Source: a virus
Direction: 5' to 3' (one strand)
DNA length: 64,000 nt
Virus record (IMG/VR): IMGVR_UViG_3300028586_000750
Below the pieces are notes generated by a model. The model was not told where the DNA came from. It saw only the letters and a program-made list of their open reading frames with translations, and searched no databases. This document shows, in pieces, positions 1 through 10,487 of this stretch (position 1 is its first letter; each line of letters opens with the position of its first letter). Position numbers and translations under genes: made by a program.

Positions 1-3
1 AAA

Positions 4-1050
4 ATGCATTTTTCTGAGCTAAAACCAAAAAATATGGATAATAGAAGTATGCGTAAATCAAAAGACACTTCTTTATCTAACCCATCCGATAAAACCGGCA
101 TGAGTAAAAGCAGACGCGGTTCCAAGAAGAAAACTGACACCAACAATGATGTTTTGGTTCTGGGTACAACCAGTACAGGCAAAACTGTAATTCCGGGTGA
201 CCCATCTTCTGAGTTTGACCAAATATTACTTAAATCTGAAAGCGCTTCCTCAGATGAAGTCACATATAACGCTAACAACCAAAAAGTGACAGCAGAAGAT
301 ATCAACAAAGAGGAAGAAGCAATTGGTGGGGAACCAACACCTGTAGCAGATGAACCTGACTTTTATGCTGATGAAGAAATCAAAAACTTAGCTGTTCTCC
401 TCGAAGCTAATACTTCTCTTTCTACTGATGAGGCAGAAAAAGTTATTAGGGATGCAAAAGCAGAAGGAAAAACTAAGAAAGAAACACAAGCATTACTTGT
501 TGCTAAACATGATGAAAAGAAAGCAGCAGCAGAAAAAGAAGAAGAGTTAAAAACTGTTCCTGTTACAGCTTTGGCTTCTACCGCAACAGCTAATTCAACT
601 GAAACAACAGCACAGTCTAAGAGTGAAACAACTACTAGTACGCAAACAGCGGTTCTAGAAAGAGAACCAGAGCCAGAACTTGAACCAGTTGATGAAGAAG
701 AATACGCAATTCTTTATTACAATCAGAAGCCAAAAGATTTTGGTGCTGGAAGTAATTGGTTCTTAGCTGCTTATGCTCTTATCTCTATTCCTCTACTTTA
801 TGCAATTAACGGAGTGTTCAATTGGATTAGTGGTATCAAGCTACCAGACGCTGCACCTAGTGTTGGAACTTTTGGTTATAATAAAGAAATTTTCTTAGCT
901 ACTGGTGTGATTGGCTTTATCGCATTTGTTCTTGGCGTACTTGGTCTACTTACCGCTAAAAAGTATGGTTATAGCATTTGGAGGTCAGTGGTAACAGTTG
1001 TTGGCGTTATTGCTATTGCTGTAGCTGCATACATCCTCTTTGTACAGTAA
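4..1050 (+). CDS. Membrane protein with long acidic/low-complexity N-terminus and C-terminal TM helices
   Basis: 348-aa ORF; three hydrophobic segments at the C-terminus; followed by a 24-bp-arm hairpin. Confidence 0.75.
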   Translation: MHFSELKPKNMDNRSMRKSKDTSLSNPSDKTGMSKSRRGSKKKTDTNNDVLVLGTTSTGKTVIPGDPSSEFDQILLKSESASSDEVTYNANNQKVTAEDINKEEEAIGGEPTPVADEPDFYADEEIKNLAVLLEANTSLSTDEAEKVIRDAKAEGKTKKETQALLVAKHDEKKAAAEKEEELKTVPVTALASTATANSTETTAQSKSETTTSTQTAVLEREPEPELEPVDEEEYAILYYNQKPKDFGAGSNWFLAAYALISIPLLYAINGVFNWISGIKLPDAAPSVGTFGYNKEIFLATGVIGFIAFVLGVLGLLTAKKYGYSIWRSVVTVVGVIAIAVAAYILFVQ

Positions 1051-1056
1051 AGGGAA

Positions 1057-1108
1057 AAGACATGAGTGAGGCCCCACCAGATATCTGGTGGGGCCTCACT
1101 CATGTCTT
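1057..1108. terminator. Bidirectional hairpin terminator (CCCCACCAG family)
   Basis: Perfect 24-bp inverted repeat aagacatgagtgaggccccaccag/ctggtggggcctcactcatgtctt between convergent genes. Confidence 0.85.
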
Positions 1109-1115
1109 AATTTAT

Positions 1116-1334
1116 TTAACGTACGACTTCTTCAAGCGAAAGTCCCAAAATTTCTACACTATTAATATGAACTTCAAATTGGTTACCATCATTATTGTAA
1201 CCAGTGAATTTTGTGTATCCATCTTCAACGTCAACTGTATCAACGTGCTTTGGCACAAGCTCTAAGACACGAGGGTTTCTTGCAACGACTGTTAATGTGT
1301 AATCGTTATTTTCTGCGTTAGTTTTGATAGCCAT
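1116..1334 (-). CDS. Hypothetical protein
   Basis: 72-aa ORF ending at a terminator. Confidence 0.6.
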   Translation of the reverse strand: MAIKTNAENNDYTLTVVARNPRVLELVPKHVDTVDVEDGYTKFTGYNNDGNQFEVHINSVEILGLSLEEVVR

Positions 1335-1350
1335 ATTATAATACTAGCAT

Positions 1351-1539
1351 TTATTGCTGGCCAAGCTCATTAATTTCTTTCGTCTGCTTATCCAACGTAT
1401 CTTTAGTTTCATTAGCTTTATCCACTTGTTTAGTGTAACCACCTAAAGGATTTACAGGAGCATCATTTTTATCTCCACAAGCAGTTAAACCAAATAAGCT
1501 GGCACTGACAATTAAAGTAGTTGCAAGTATACGTTTCAT
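1351..1539 (-). CDS. Small lipoprotein
   Basis: MKR + hydrophobic stretch + lipobox LTAC. Confidence 0.75.
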   Translation of the reverse strand: MKRILATTLIVSASLFGLTACGDKNDAPVNPLGGYTKQVDKANETKDTLDKQTKEINELGQQ

Positions 1540-1574
1540 TTTTTCCTTTTATAATACCTGCAACTAGTATCGTA

Positions 1575-1661
1575 TTATTCTTCAGTTTTGGCGTAACTTT
1601 TAAGCATGTGCCTTCCTGTAAGAACAGCAGCGACCATGACAATGACAGTGATAATTTCCAT
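1575..1661 (-). CDS. 28-aa single-TM micropeptide (not in ORF track)
   Basis: MEIITVIVMVAAVLTGRHMLKSYAKTEE*; purine-rich RBS upstream. Confidence 0.5.
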   Translation of the reverse strand: MEIITVIVMVAAVLTGRHMLKSYAKTEE

Positions 1662-1849
1662 ATCCCTATTCTAGCATAAGAAAATGTGAAGTGACAGTTA
1701 AGTAAAACTACGCATTCATCAGGCAATTCTGTTGTTTTTCTTACTTATGTGCGATACTATATATAGAGATTACAAATGTAACGGCGGCGTCGAGAGTAAC
1801 CCTTCTGGCGTCGTTATTTTATGCCCACAAGGCTATTGGAGAAAATCAA

Positions 1850-2026
1850 ATGGGAATTATTGTCACTGTCATTATTATCGCTGCTATTGTTGCTATCGCA
1901 TCAAAGCTTGGAGCGAAAAAGACTAAAGACCAAGAAGCATATGCAAATTATCTTCAAAGAGAACATGGTGTTTACACGGAGCGTCCTGACAATCGCTACG
2001 CACACATGATGAACGCTGGTCGTTAA
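1850..2026 (+). CDS. 58-aa single-TM protein (not in ORF track)
   Basis: MGIIVTVIIIAAIVAIASKLGAKK...; GGAG RBS; ends just before the hairpin at 2031-2058. Confidence 0.65.
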   Translation: MGIIVTVIIIAAIVAIASKLGAKKTKDQEAYANYLQREHGVYTERPDNRYAHMMNAGR

Positions 2027-2074
2027 AACAAAACCCCACCAATTACTTGGTGGGGTTTCTTGTATATTCAACTG

Positions 2075-3016
2075 TTAAGAAAAAATATCAATCTGTTCAG
2101 TTTTTGTTGCTCTATATGGAACAAATGGTGTCGTAGGGTGTTCTTGCCACATGTCCGCTGGTTCACTCTTCTTTGTATCTTTCCAAGTTTCTTTAGCTGA
2201 ACCTTGAATTTGGTAATAATAACCATCACCGCTCACAGCCCAAACTGATGGTTTGTTCTTAGCCGCGTTAGAAGTTACAGAATCACCACTTGTTTTTAAA
2301 GCTTCTGGTACACCCTTGGAGAAAGCTCCATCTTTAAGAACATGTACTTCTGCTACTTCTGATAACGAAAGACTCATACTTGAATTGTAAAGGCTTACTC
2401 TAGAATGTCTAGGTTGACCAGATTCTGCACGAATGAAACTTCCTTTACTTAATTTACTAAAGAAGGAGTCTCGCTTAATACCTGGGATTAGACCATCGCC
2501 AGCACCATCATAAATTATTGAACCTGAAAGTGTTTTGATAGCTACAGGGGTGCCATATGGTACTTCTCTTAGCACTCGGTACGACTGATTGTAGGAGTCG
2601 TCAGTATTATCGAAAACGAAGCTATGTGTTGCATTATCTTCAACAAAACTGTTGAAAGCTTCATAACCTGGTTTAAGCACAGGATTGTTTTCAATGATTT
2701 CTTTACGGTAAGCAACAGCTTCTTCAAAACGACGTTTGATTTCTAGCTCTTCTGCAAAAGTATGAGGCTTATATTTTTCAATATAAAGTTCATGGCGACC
2801 TGCTGATGTTGCATCGTATGCTTTTTGGTCATGAGCAAGAAGTTGTTTTGCTTCACTTAGCTCTTCAAGGTTTGAAGCTAAATCGCATGCTTTTTTAGAC
2901 TCAAGAAGGTTAGAAGCGGCCAAGCTTGGGCTGAGAATTACAGCCGTAGCATTAGTCACCCCGTGGACACGACAAGTTGCTTTGTTTTTTGCTCTACAGA
3001 TAGTTGGATTACTCAT
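2075..3016 (-). CDS. Hypothetical protein with N-terminal CRAKNKATCRVHG Cys/His motif
   Basis: 313-aa ORF; motif shared with four other ORFs in the window. Confidence 0.75.
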   Translation of the reverse strand: MSNPTICRAKNKATCRVHGVTNATAVILSPSLAASNLLESKKACDLASNLEELSEAKQLLAHDQKAYDATSAGRHELYIEKYKPHTFAEELEIKRRFEEAVAYRKEIIENNPVLKPGYEAFNSFVEDNATHSFVFDNTDDSYNQSYRVLREVPYGTPVAIKTLSGSIIYDGAGDGLIPGIKRDSFFSKLSKGSFIRAESGQPRHSRVSLYNSSMSLSLSEVAEVHVLKDGAFSKGVPEALKTSGDSVTSNAAKNKPSVWAVSGDGYYYQIQGSAKETWKDTKKSEPADMWQEHPTTPFVPYRATKTEQIDIFS

Positions 3017-3101
3017 AAGTTATATCTATCATAATTTTCTGTGAAAAACACATGTGGGGCACCCTATTTTTAATAAGGTGCCCCAACATTATATAATTAT
3101 G

Positions 3102-4247
3102 TTACTTGGTGCTTGGAGTGTATGAGTAAATAGTTGCCCAGTCAATCAATACGTGACCTGCCGTTGTTTTGGCAGGAATTTTCCCATCGGCTGTTTCTAC
3201 TTGCATTACCCAATGCATTTTTGCGGTAGGAATAGACTCTGTTGTTGAACCAACTGCAACACCATCAATGTAGTAAGTTAATCTTTCAGGTGTCCAGTCA
3301 ATTGTGTATGTATGCCAATCTGTGTATTTAGCATTCGTTTCTACAACCATGCAGTTATTGGCTGGTGCTCCAACGCAATGGTTGTAACCGCGTACGTTAC
3401 CGTTTAGTTCGCCTTCTGGGAAGTCAATTTCTCCATCGTTCCAGTTGTTGTCATCTGACCACAGTAGGAAAGCTGTTTTATATCCTTCTAAGCTGTCTGT
3501 TTTCATACGGACACTGAAACGACCGTATTGTTGTCCGCCCCATTGTTCGTTAACAAGAGGAATAGGCGCTGCTGTTTTAGGTCGACCATCTGCACCTGTG
3601 TGTAGGTACATGTCTAATTTGCTATCGTTAACTGAAATAATACTTTGGTCATAGTCACCATTTTTGAAAGTGTCAGTGAAACCATTGTAGCTCATCCACC
3701 ATCTTGCGTAAGGACCAGGGAAACCACCTGTAGCTACAGGGGTGTTAAAATCCTCGCTGTGGGTCTGAGTCCAGCCAGGCAGGTTTCCCTTAGGCATTGA
3801 TGGGTCGGCGCTCACAGTGGACGCTGGTGGCGCTACAGTAAAGGTTTTGGCGTTATCGCCACCTACTGTCACCCATTGGCCGTTATATAGGACGCAAGCA
3901 AAATAGTTATAAGTTCCAGCAGGTAAAGTCTTCGTCTTTGTTAATGTAGTACCTGTAGTGCTTATAGTCACATTATAACTTTCAGCAAAATCAACATTTT
4001 TATTAGAAGCATCACGAGCACAAATGCTAGCTGATGCTACCTTTGTTGTAAAAGATGATTTGATTGTTGCTTTAGCTGTAACGCTGTTTCCGGTTACATT
4101 TGCGCTCAGGTTTGAGACAGTAAATTTTGGAGTTGCAGCCGAAGCTGGAGTTGCAATCGTCAAAGCTAAAGTAGAAGCAGCTAAAAGGGCTAACCCAGTT
4201 TTAGCTAGAACTTTACGTCTAGGTTTGGTTGTTTTCAGAAGGGACAT
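3102..4247 (-). CDS. Secreted glycoside hydrolase family 16 (beta-glucanase-like)
   Basis: Sec signal ending ASA-A; GH16 catalytic ExDxxE (GEIDFPEG); WHTYTIDWTP motif. Confidence 0.85.
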   Translation of the reverse strand: MSLLKTTKPRRKVLAKTGLALLAASTLALTIATPASAATPKFTVSNLSANVTGNSVTAKATIKSSFTTKVASASICARDASNKNVDFAESYNVTISTTGTTLTKTKTLPAGTYNYFACVLYNGQWVTVGGDNAKTFTVAPPASTVSADPSMPKGNLPGWTQTHSEDFNTPVATGGFPGPYARWWMSYNGFTDTFKNGDYDQSIISVNDSKLDMYLHTGADGRPKTAAPIPLVNEQWGGQQYGRFSVRMKTDSLEGYKTAFLLWSDDNNWNDGEIDFPEGELNGNVRGYNHCVGAPANNCMVVETNAKYTDWHTYTIDWTPERLTYYIDGVAVGSTTESIPTAKMHWVMQVETADGKIPAKTTAGHVLIDWATIYSYTPSTK

Positions 4248-4426
4248 AGAACAAGTCTTTCATGATGGGAAGCTATTTTTAACTTCCCTACTATTATCTG
4301 ACGCTATGTACCCCAAATAGGGCTAAGACGGGTGAGGAAAGGATTAGTAATAGGTGATACGTAAGGTGATACAAAAGCGGGTGAGGGTTATGCCTTAAGC
4401 AAAACCCTCACCCGCTAACTTCTATA

Positions 4427-4654
4427 TTAAGCCTTTTCCGTATCAAACGAAATTAAGTGTTCCCATGAAATACGCAAACGCTTAGTTTTATTACTAGTGT
4501 CCGCATACTCAAAAATCATATAATGCGGGTTTTCTGAGTTAAGCAACTTAATAAAAGGTGGCACTTTAACTAGGCGAGCAGCCAAAGGCGTCAAAACAAT
4601 GTTTACCTTATAAATATTGTTCGTTCGGACAACATCTTCCATATATTCAGTCAT
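4427..4654 (-). CDS. Hypothetical protein translationally coupled to tyrS
   Basis: Start overlaps tyrS stop (TAATG). Confidence 0.65.
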   Translation of the reverse strand: MTEYMEDVVRTNNIYKVNIVLTPLAARLVKVPPFIKLLNSENPHYMIFEYADTSNKTKRLRISWEHLISFDTEKA

Positions 4655-5874
4655 TATAGATTTCCTTTTTCAACAAGAACAAAACGGTTTTTACCTCTTT
4701 TAAGAAGAACCGTTCCTTCAAGAGTAACATCACCAACAGCTTTCAACCCATTAATAGAGATACCACCATCTTTAATCAAACGACGAGCATCAGACAAACT
4801 AGAAGCAAGTTCAGCGTCAACCAAAGTTTTTGTCAAAACGTTACCAGAAGCAACAACACCAATTTCATGACCCAAAGCAGCTACACCTTGTTCATCAAGC
4901 TCAGTGAAAGCTTTCTTGCCAAAAAGGACATTGGTTACATCGCGTACAGTGTTAGCTTTAACTTCACCATGAACAAGCTTAGTTACCTCAAAGGCCAAAG
5001 CTTTCTGGGCTGCACGTTTGAATGGAGCATCTGCAACTTCTTTTTCAAGTGCTTCAATATCTTCACGAGGAAGAAGAGTAAAGATTTTAAGAAAATCAAT
5101 TACACTATCATCTGCGGTGTTAAGCCAGAACTGGAAGAACTCAAAGACGCTAGTCTTGTTCTCATCAAGCCAAATAGCACCGTTCTCTGTTTTACCAAAC
5201 TTTTTACCTGTTGCTTTGTTAACAACAAGGGGTGTGGTAAAGACATGAGCTTCTTGCCCGTCCATACGGCGAATAAGACTTGCACCGGCTGTGCTGTTAC
5301 CCCATTGGTCGCTACCGCAAAGCTGTAATGTTACACCTTTCTCACGGAATAAGTGTAGGAAGTCGTATGCCTGAATTAGAGAGTAACTGAACTCTGCAAA
5401 ACTAATACCAGTTGTCTCTAGACGTGACTGGACAAAACCTCGGGAAATCATTTGCGCTGTAGGAACATTCTTACCTACAGTCATAAGGAACTCAATGAAA
5501 TTGATATCTTTGAACCAGTCATGGTTATCAACAATTTCAAAATCTTGTCCAGCAAAAATCTGCTTGTATTGCTCAACAATAGCTGCTTTGTTACTGTTAA
5601 TTACATCACGTGTTTTGAGGTTACGTTCATCTTTTTTACCATCAGGGTCACCAATAAGACCTGTGGCTCCACCGACTAGAAGAACAGCTTCATGGCCATG
5701 GTTAATGAAATGCTTAACGAGCATTGCTGAGGCAAGATTACCAATGGTCATGGAATCAGCACTAGGGTCCACACCCCAGTAGAACTTACGAGAACCTTCA
5801 TCTAGGCGCGTAATATCGTCTAAAGTAGACTGATTGGCTAATCCTCGCCAAATCAGTTCTTCTGAAAGTTTCAT
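4654..5874 (-). CDS. tyrS: Tyrosyl-tRNA synthetase
   Basis: YWGVDPSADS-TIGN (HIGH variant), GGATGLIGDP, QAYDF, GSDQWGN, KFGKT (KMSKS variant), C-terminal S4-like domain. Confidence 0.95.
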   Translation of the reverse strand: MKLSEELIWRGLANQSTLDDITRLDEGSRKFYWGVDPSADSMTIGNLASAMLVKHFINHGHEAVLLVGGATGLIGDPDGKKDERNLKTRDVINSNKAAIVEQYKQIFAGQDFEIVDNHDWFKDINFIEFLMTVGKNVPTAQMISRGFVQSRLETTGISFAEFSYSLIQAYDFLHLFREKGVTLQLCGSDQWGNSTAGASLIRRMDGQEAHVFTTPLVVNKATGKKFGKTENGAIWLDENKTSVFEFFQFWLNTADDSVIDFLKIFTLLPREDIEALEKEVADAPFKRAAQKALAFEVTKLVHGEVKANTVRDVTNVLFGKKAFTELDEQGVAALGHEIGVVASGNVLTKTLVDAELASSLSDARRLIKDGGISINGLKAVGDVTLEGTVLLKRGKNRFVLVEKGNL

Positions 5875-5972
5875 TATTCCTCAAATGTAGTAGTTGAACT
5901 TTCATCATAGCAGTTTTATGCTTAAAAGTAAAATATGGTTACAAGCAACTTTAGCTTGTAACCATATTTTAT

Positions 5973-7016
5973 TTACCACTTCACAGGAACATAATCTGGG
6001 TTTGTTTTCATACGGATAAGGTCTTTTAGCCCTTGTACCATAAGAGAATTAGTTGTGCTATGAATATAATCTCGTTCAATGACTAGTTGTGAAATGAACT
6101 GTGTTAAGTTCATAATAGGAATTTCATTGCCCCAAAGCGCGTTATCAATCACACCTTCACCTTTTGTAGTAGGCATAAAAACAACAACCGGTTTAATTAC
6201 CGATTTTGGAAAATGCTGTTGCATGGTTTTTGTAATTCTGGATAAATGGTCATCTGTCCAAGTGGCTTCACCAATAAGCGCACCAGTAGGTACATCCTCA
6301 CAATAAAGTTGATAACCTTTTGAGTAATAACGCACATCACCGGATTTGAAGTTTTTAACATCTACAATATAGACTGTGTTACCAGTCATAAGGATGCAGT
6401 CAAATTCTTTGTTATTTGCAGCGGGTTTAAAGTCAGATTGAAGCGGATGAGGCACTGACCATACAGTTTGGAAGCGTTTAATAAGGCCAGAGGCATCTAA
6501 AGCTTTTGCAAAGTTTTTCCTGTTTCGGACAGGTACCCAATATTTTTTATCATACTCTGTAGACTCACCTGGATTTGGTGTTCTCATGCCAGGAGTTCCT
6601 ATCATGGCGTGCACCTTAGGCAACATACGAGCATCCAAAGTGTTAGGTTCATACCCCGTGATACGACCGGGAGCGGTAGCTTGAGCTATAGGTTCGATTA
6701 CAATAGGTTTTGCAGCAGCAACATTGGCGTCAGATGAAGTTTTGGCTTTAGCAACAAAAGCTTTACGCTCAGGAACAGGGTCATGTTCACTCCAACCAGT
6801 GGCTGCAATAATTGCTTTCTTCTTCCTAAGAAGTCTAATAATAGGGAAAGTAACAAACGTCTTGTTAAACCCAATTACCATAATGCAAGCAGCAATGATG
6901 GACACAATAATGATTTTGTCATCATAGGCAGACCTAGTAAACAATGTTTCTGCGATAATTAAACGCCAAGCGAACATCCAACTCATTTTAATAATATGGA
7001 CAAATTTTATAATCAT
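5973..7016 (-). CDS. Membrane-anchored NERD nuclease-related domain protein
   Basis: N-terminal TM segments; EFDCILMTGNTVYIVDVKNF resembles the NERD core. Confidence 0.65.
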   Translation of the reverse strand: MIIKFVHIIKMSWMFAWRLIIAETLFTRSAYDDKIIIVSIIAACIMVIGFNKTFVTFPIIRLLRKKKAIIAATGWSEHDPVPERKAFVAKAKTSSDANVAAAKPIVIEPIAQATAPGRITGYEPNTLDARMLPKVHAMIGTPGMRTPNPGESTEYDKKYWVPVRNRKNFAKALDASGLIKRFQTVWSVPHPLQSDFKPAANNKEFDCILMTGNTVYIVDVKNFKSGDVRYYSKGYQLYCEDVPTGALIGEATWTDDHLSRITKTMQQHFPKSVIKPVVVFMPTTKGEGVIDNALWGNEIPIMNLTQFISQLVIERDYIHSTTNSLMVQGLKDLIRMKTNPDYVPVKW

Positions 7017-7408
7017 ATGCTTCCTGCAATTGTTAATGTAAGTGATTAAACTTATTTTTAGCTTATTTATCTACCTTACTATATATAGGAGAATTATGCT
7101 AGTTAAATTTGCTTGAAAAGGTTATTAAATGAATTTAACTATTTTTCCCGATACTATCTTTAGACTATTAGACAAAATATACTTATATACAGTACGTTAA
7201 TGCTAAACATATCATAATGATAGTTGTTTTAGCGTTGAATATATCATTTTATTAAATGGATCTACAATGGTTGTTTGCAATGTACAACAAAGCAAACTAT
7301 AAATTAATAAGCTTTGCAGGTTAAAGTAAGTAAAATGTTTCATTGACGCAAGATTGTACCAACTTAGACAGCAAAAAGGTTCAAGCAATAAAGTCTATGG
7401 AGGACAAA

Positions 7409-8695
7409 ATGAATAAGAAAACAACTTGCCTGACAGTGGTAACAAGTTTCTCATTAGGGCTAGCCCTTTTCGCAGCGCCTGTTACCGCTTTTGCTGATGT
7501 GTTGGAGGACGAAACATCAGCAAATATTTCCCAAACCAATACTGCACCTAGCGCCCCAACTAATGTAACTTTTTATGAACAGAACAGTTACCCAGTATGG
7601 CTAAAATGGACAGCCAGCGTTGATGATACTGATTATAATTTGAAGTATTACATTTATCGTGATGGAATGCCTTTATCCAAAGTTGATTCATTTGCAAATG
7701 CACAAGAAGGTGTAGATTTTAGCGCCGAACCAGGTATGACTTACACTTATACTGTAGCTAGCAAAGATAGCTCAGGTAACATATCACCAATGAGTAATTC
7801 CGTTACTGTAACTATTCCTAAAGCTGATACTTCACCAACTTCACCTGTTCTTACTTCCATTAATGTAAATAGTGATTTTATTCTTTTCAGTCTGGAAGCT
7901 ACAGACGATAACGATGTTCCTTCATATGACATTTATGTTAACGGTAGCTTATATGAACGTGGTTATTCCGGAACTGAATACACGTTGTATTTAACTCCTG
8001 GCGAAACTTTTGAAATTAGCGCTATCGCTAGAGACAGTAAAAACAATACTTCTTCTGCTTCAAATAGCTTATATGCAACTGGTGATTTTGGAACAATAGT
8101 AACACCAGCACCAGGGCCTCTGGCTTCATCACCCTTAACTGATTTCAGAACTGAATATGTTGGACATAACGTTACATACTTCTCTTGGTCATCAGGAAAC
8201 ATACCTGCATATGACCTTGGTGCTTACGATATTTACCGAAATGGGGTAAAAATTGACACTGTTTGGGGTAATGGTTCAGATAGAAGTTCCTATACAGACA
8301 AAACAGCAGAAGCTAATACAACATACACATACAATGTTGTTGCTCATGATTGGAGAAATACGAATTATGACTTATCTGAGTCTTATGCTATTTCTACACC
8401 TGCGGACCCTAACGGATTAGACACTATTGCGCCTTCTAATATTTTGTTAAACTACTATTACTACAGCAGCTACATGGGTTTGCAGATGACATGGACGCAC
8501 GCAGTTGATAACTTCGGTTCTGTTGAGTACCAGATTTACCGTGATGGGGTACTTATCCACACCCAAATAGACACAACATATTTCAATGACCAAGATGTTA
8601 TGCCTGGTTCAACTTACAACTACACTGTAGTGACTGTTGATAGCTCTGGTAATACTGGTACTCCTTTGGAAATACCAAACGTACAAATTTATTAA
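7409..8695 (+). CDS. Secreted fibronectin type III repeat protein
   Basis: GGAGG RBS before ATG 7409; signal peptide; four FN3-like repeats (W...Y.IYRDG...YTYTV.A.D..GN.S). Confidence 0.85.
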   Translation: MNKKTTCLTVVTSFSLGLALFAAPVTAFADVLEDETSANISQTNTAPSAPTNVTFYEQNSYPVWLKWTASVDDTDYNLKYYIYRDGMPLSKVDSFANAQEGVDFSAEPGMTYTYTVASKDSSGNISPMSNSVTVTIPKADTSPTSPVLTSINVNSDFILFSLEATDDNDVPSYDIYVNGSLYERGYSGTEYTLYLTPGETFEISAIARDSKNNTSSASNSLYATGDFGTIVTPAPGPLASSPLTDFRTEYVGHNVTYFSWSSGNIPAYDLGAYDIYRNGVKIDTVWGNGSDRSSYTDKTAEANTTYTYNVVAHDWRNTNYDLSESYAISTPADPNGLDTIAPSNILLNYYYYSSYMGLQMTWTHAVDNFGSVEYQIYRDGVLIHTQIDTTYFNDQDVMPGSTYNYTVVTVDSSGNTGTPLEIPNVQIY

Positions 8696-8775
8696 TAGGC
8701 CATAGTTAAAGGCCCCACCAGTTATCTGGTGGGGCCTTTTCCGATATATAAAACATACAAACATATAAGGTATCT

Positions 8776-9210
8776 ATGAAAACTGCATTTTGTACTAAAC
8801 GCGCCATAATGGTACTTGCTTTAGCTTTAAGCGGAACGGCACTATTAAGTGGGTGCGGAGGCGGGTTTACCGCTTTGCCTGACGAAGAACGGTACCAATA
8901 TATCAATGAAGCTAAAGATATAGCAGAACCAGAAAGTGCTGGAAAAATAACTACTGGGGGTTACGATACGGGAGACGGAATTTTCTCACCTTCATCATAC
9001 CGCGTAACAATTGAAGGCAAAGATACTTATAATATTTTGAAAGAAAGATTAAAGAAAGCACCTGACAATGGATGTCAAGAATCCGCTGACATGACATATG
9101 TATCTTGCGAAATTAAACAAGCTGATAGTAAAATTACTAGAGAGACAGTAAATGCTACTCGAACCAGATTTGAAATTGTAGATACAATGAGTGGACGTGA
9201 TGCAGAATAG
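8776..9210 (+). CDS. Lipoprotein
   Basis: Hydrophobic signal with lipobox LSGC. Confidence 0.75.
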   Translation: MKTAFCTKRAIMVLALALSGTALLSGCGGGFTALPDEERYQYINEAKDIAEPESAGKITTGGYDTGDGIFSPSSYRVTIEGKDTYNILKERLKKAPDNGCQESADMTYVSCEIKQADSKITRETVNATRTRFEIVDTMSGRDAE

Positions 9211-9286
9211 CAGTTAAGCACCCATTGACAATACACCTATATCAATGGTAATGTAATAAGACATAATATTAAGGATATATGTTTAT

Positions 9287-9550
9287 ATGATCAAACCCGC
9301 CCGTGTCTATGTTGAATGTTCTGTGGATAACACTCGTAGCAAGATGACTGAGGATGACCTTCATGCTGTTGCTATTAATTTCGCTTCACAAGTCCATGGA
9401 GTTATCACAGACAGACTCATCACCGATGATGACTTGTGGTGGCGAGTAGTCATTGATGCTTACGCGGAAGACAAGCGTCTTGACCGTATTGCTAACCAAA
9501 CCATCCAACAGTATCCTTATGTTGACATTGGATGGTTTGATAGGGACTAA
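9287..9550 (+). CDS. Hypothetical protein
   Basis: ORF behind a TTGACA-N18-TAATGT promoter (9225-9254). Confidence 0.65.
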   Translation: MIKPARVYVECSVDNTRSKMTEDDLHAVAINFASQVHGVITDRLITDDDLWWRVVIDAYAEDKRLDRIANQTIQQYPYVDIGWFDRD

Positions 9551-9807
9551 ACTTCGTCTTCAACATATCCAATGTGTTGAGAGTTGAATTGGAACATATC
9601 ATGTGGGTCTGCATACCATTTGATTTCTAGAACTTCAAGACGTGCAGTTTTACCAGAAGACATGCTGATAAGTAGGTTATCACCTACTTGAATTGGTTTA
9701 TTGGCATGCCCAACACCGCTAATCTGCCATTTTTCACGGTCAACTTCAAGCTGACGTAAAGCCCAACCCCATGCTTTTTTACTAACTGTAAAATCATATG
9801 TTTGCAT
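9547..9807 (-). CDS. Hypothetical protein (ASCH/PUA-like fold possible)
   Basis: 86-aa ORF. Confidence 0.6.
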   Translation of the reverse strand: MQTYDFTVSKKAWGWALRQLEVDREKWQISGVGHANKPIQVGDNLLISMSSGKTARLEVLEIKWYADPHDMFQFNSQHIGYVEDEV

Positions 9808-10096
9808 TCTTGATCCTTTTGTTTATTAAACAAATGTTATCATGATTATTGCTTATGGTCAAGCTGTATGCTCCGGCTAAGCTTGTTTTTGTTTGTTTTG
9901 ATAAGCGTATAGCTTATACATCGCTTTGATAAGCTATACGCTTATCAAAAACCACAATATGTCACATTTTAGCAACATATAATATGTTACTAGAAAAGCT
10001 TGGACTAATTTACATGCCAAGCTTTTCTTTTATATTCCTGTTGCACAACCGCTTTTGGAGTGCTAGACTAAATTTAATCATTCACCGCTACACCAT

Positions 10097-10378
10097 TTGG
10101 AGAAAATAATGTACGTAACTCACGATGACATTCTTAAGGCTGCTCTTCTTTCCCTGAACATCCAGGGTGACAAGAACTTCAAGCGCGCGCAGCTTATCAG
10201 CGTCGAGACTGAGGTAGCAGCAACCAGCCTCCAGGAAGGTAAACTTAAGGTTGAGCTTACCGGACACTTTAAGCTTGGTGAGCGTACGGAGTATTTCTAC
10301 TTCTCGCGTGAGGGTTACGATGCTGTCAAGTTCCTTGACATTGCTATCCGTGAGGCAATGGGTAACCGCCGTTACTAA
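10097..10378 (+). CDS. Hypothetical protein
   Basis: ORF between a promoter-like sequence and a hairpin terminator. Confidence 0.65.
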   Translation: MEKIMYVTHDDILKAALLSLNIQGDKNFKRAQLISVETEVAATSLQEGKLKVELTGHFKLGERTEYFYFSREGYDAVKFLDIAIREAMGNRRY

Positions 10379-10487
10379 ATCTTAAACATTTTGGCCCCTA
10401 CCTTGTCTTAGGTAGGGGCCAAAATGTTTTTCCAAGCACAAAAAGCTGTGGCCGCTTCTATCTTTAGAAGCGGCCACAGCTTTTTCA

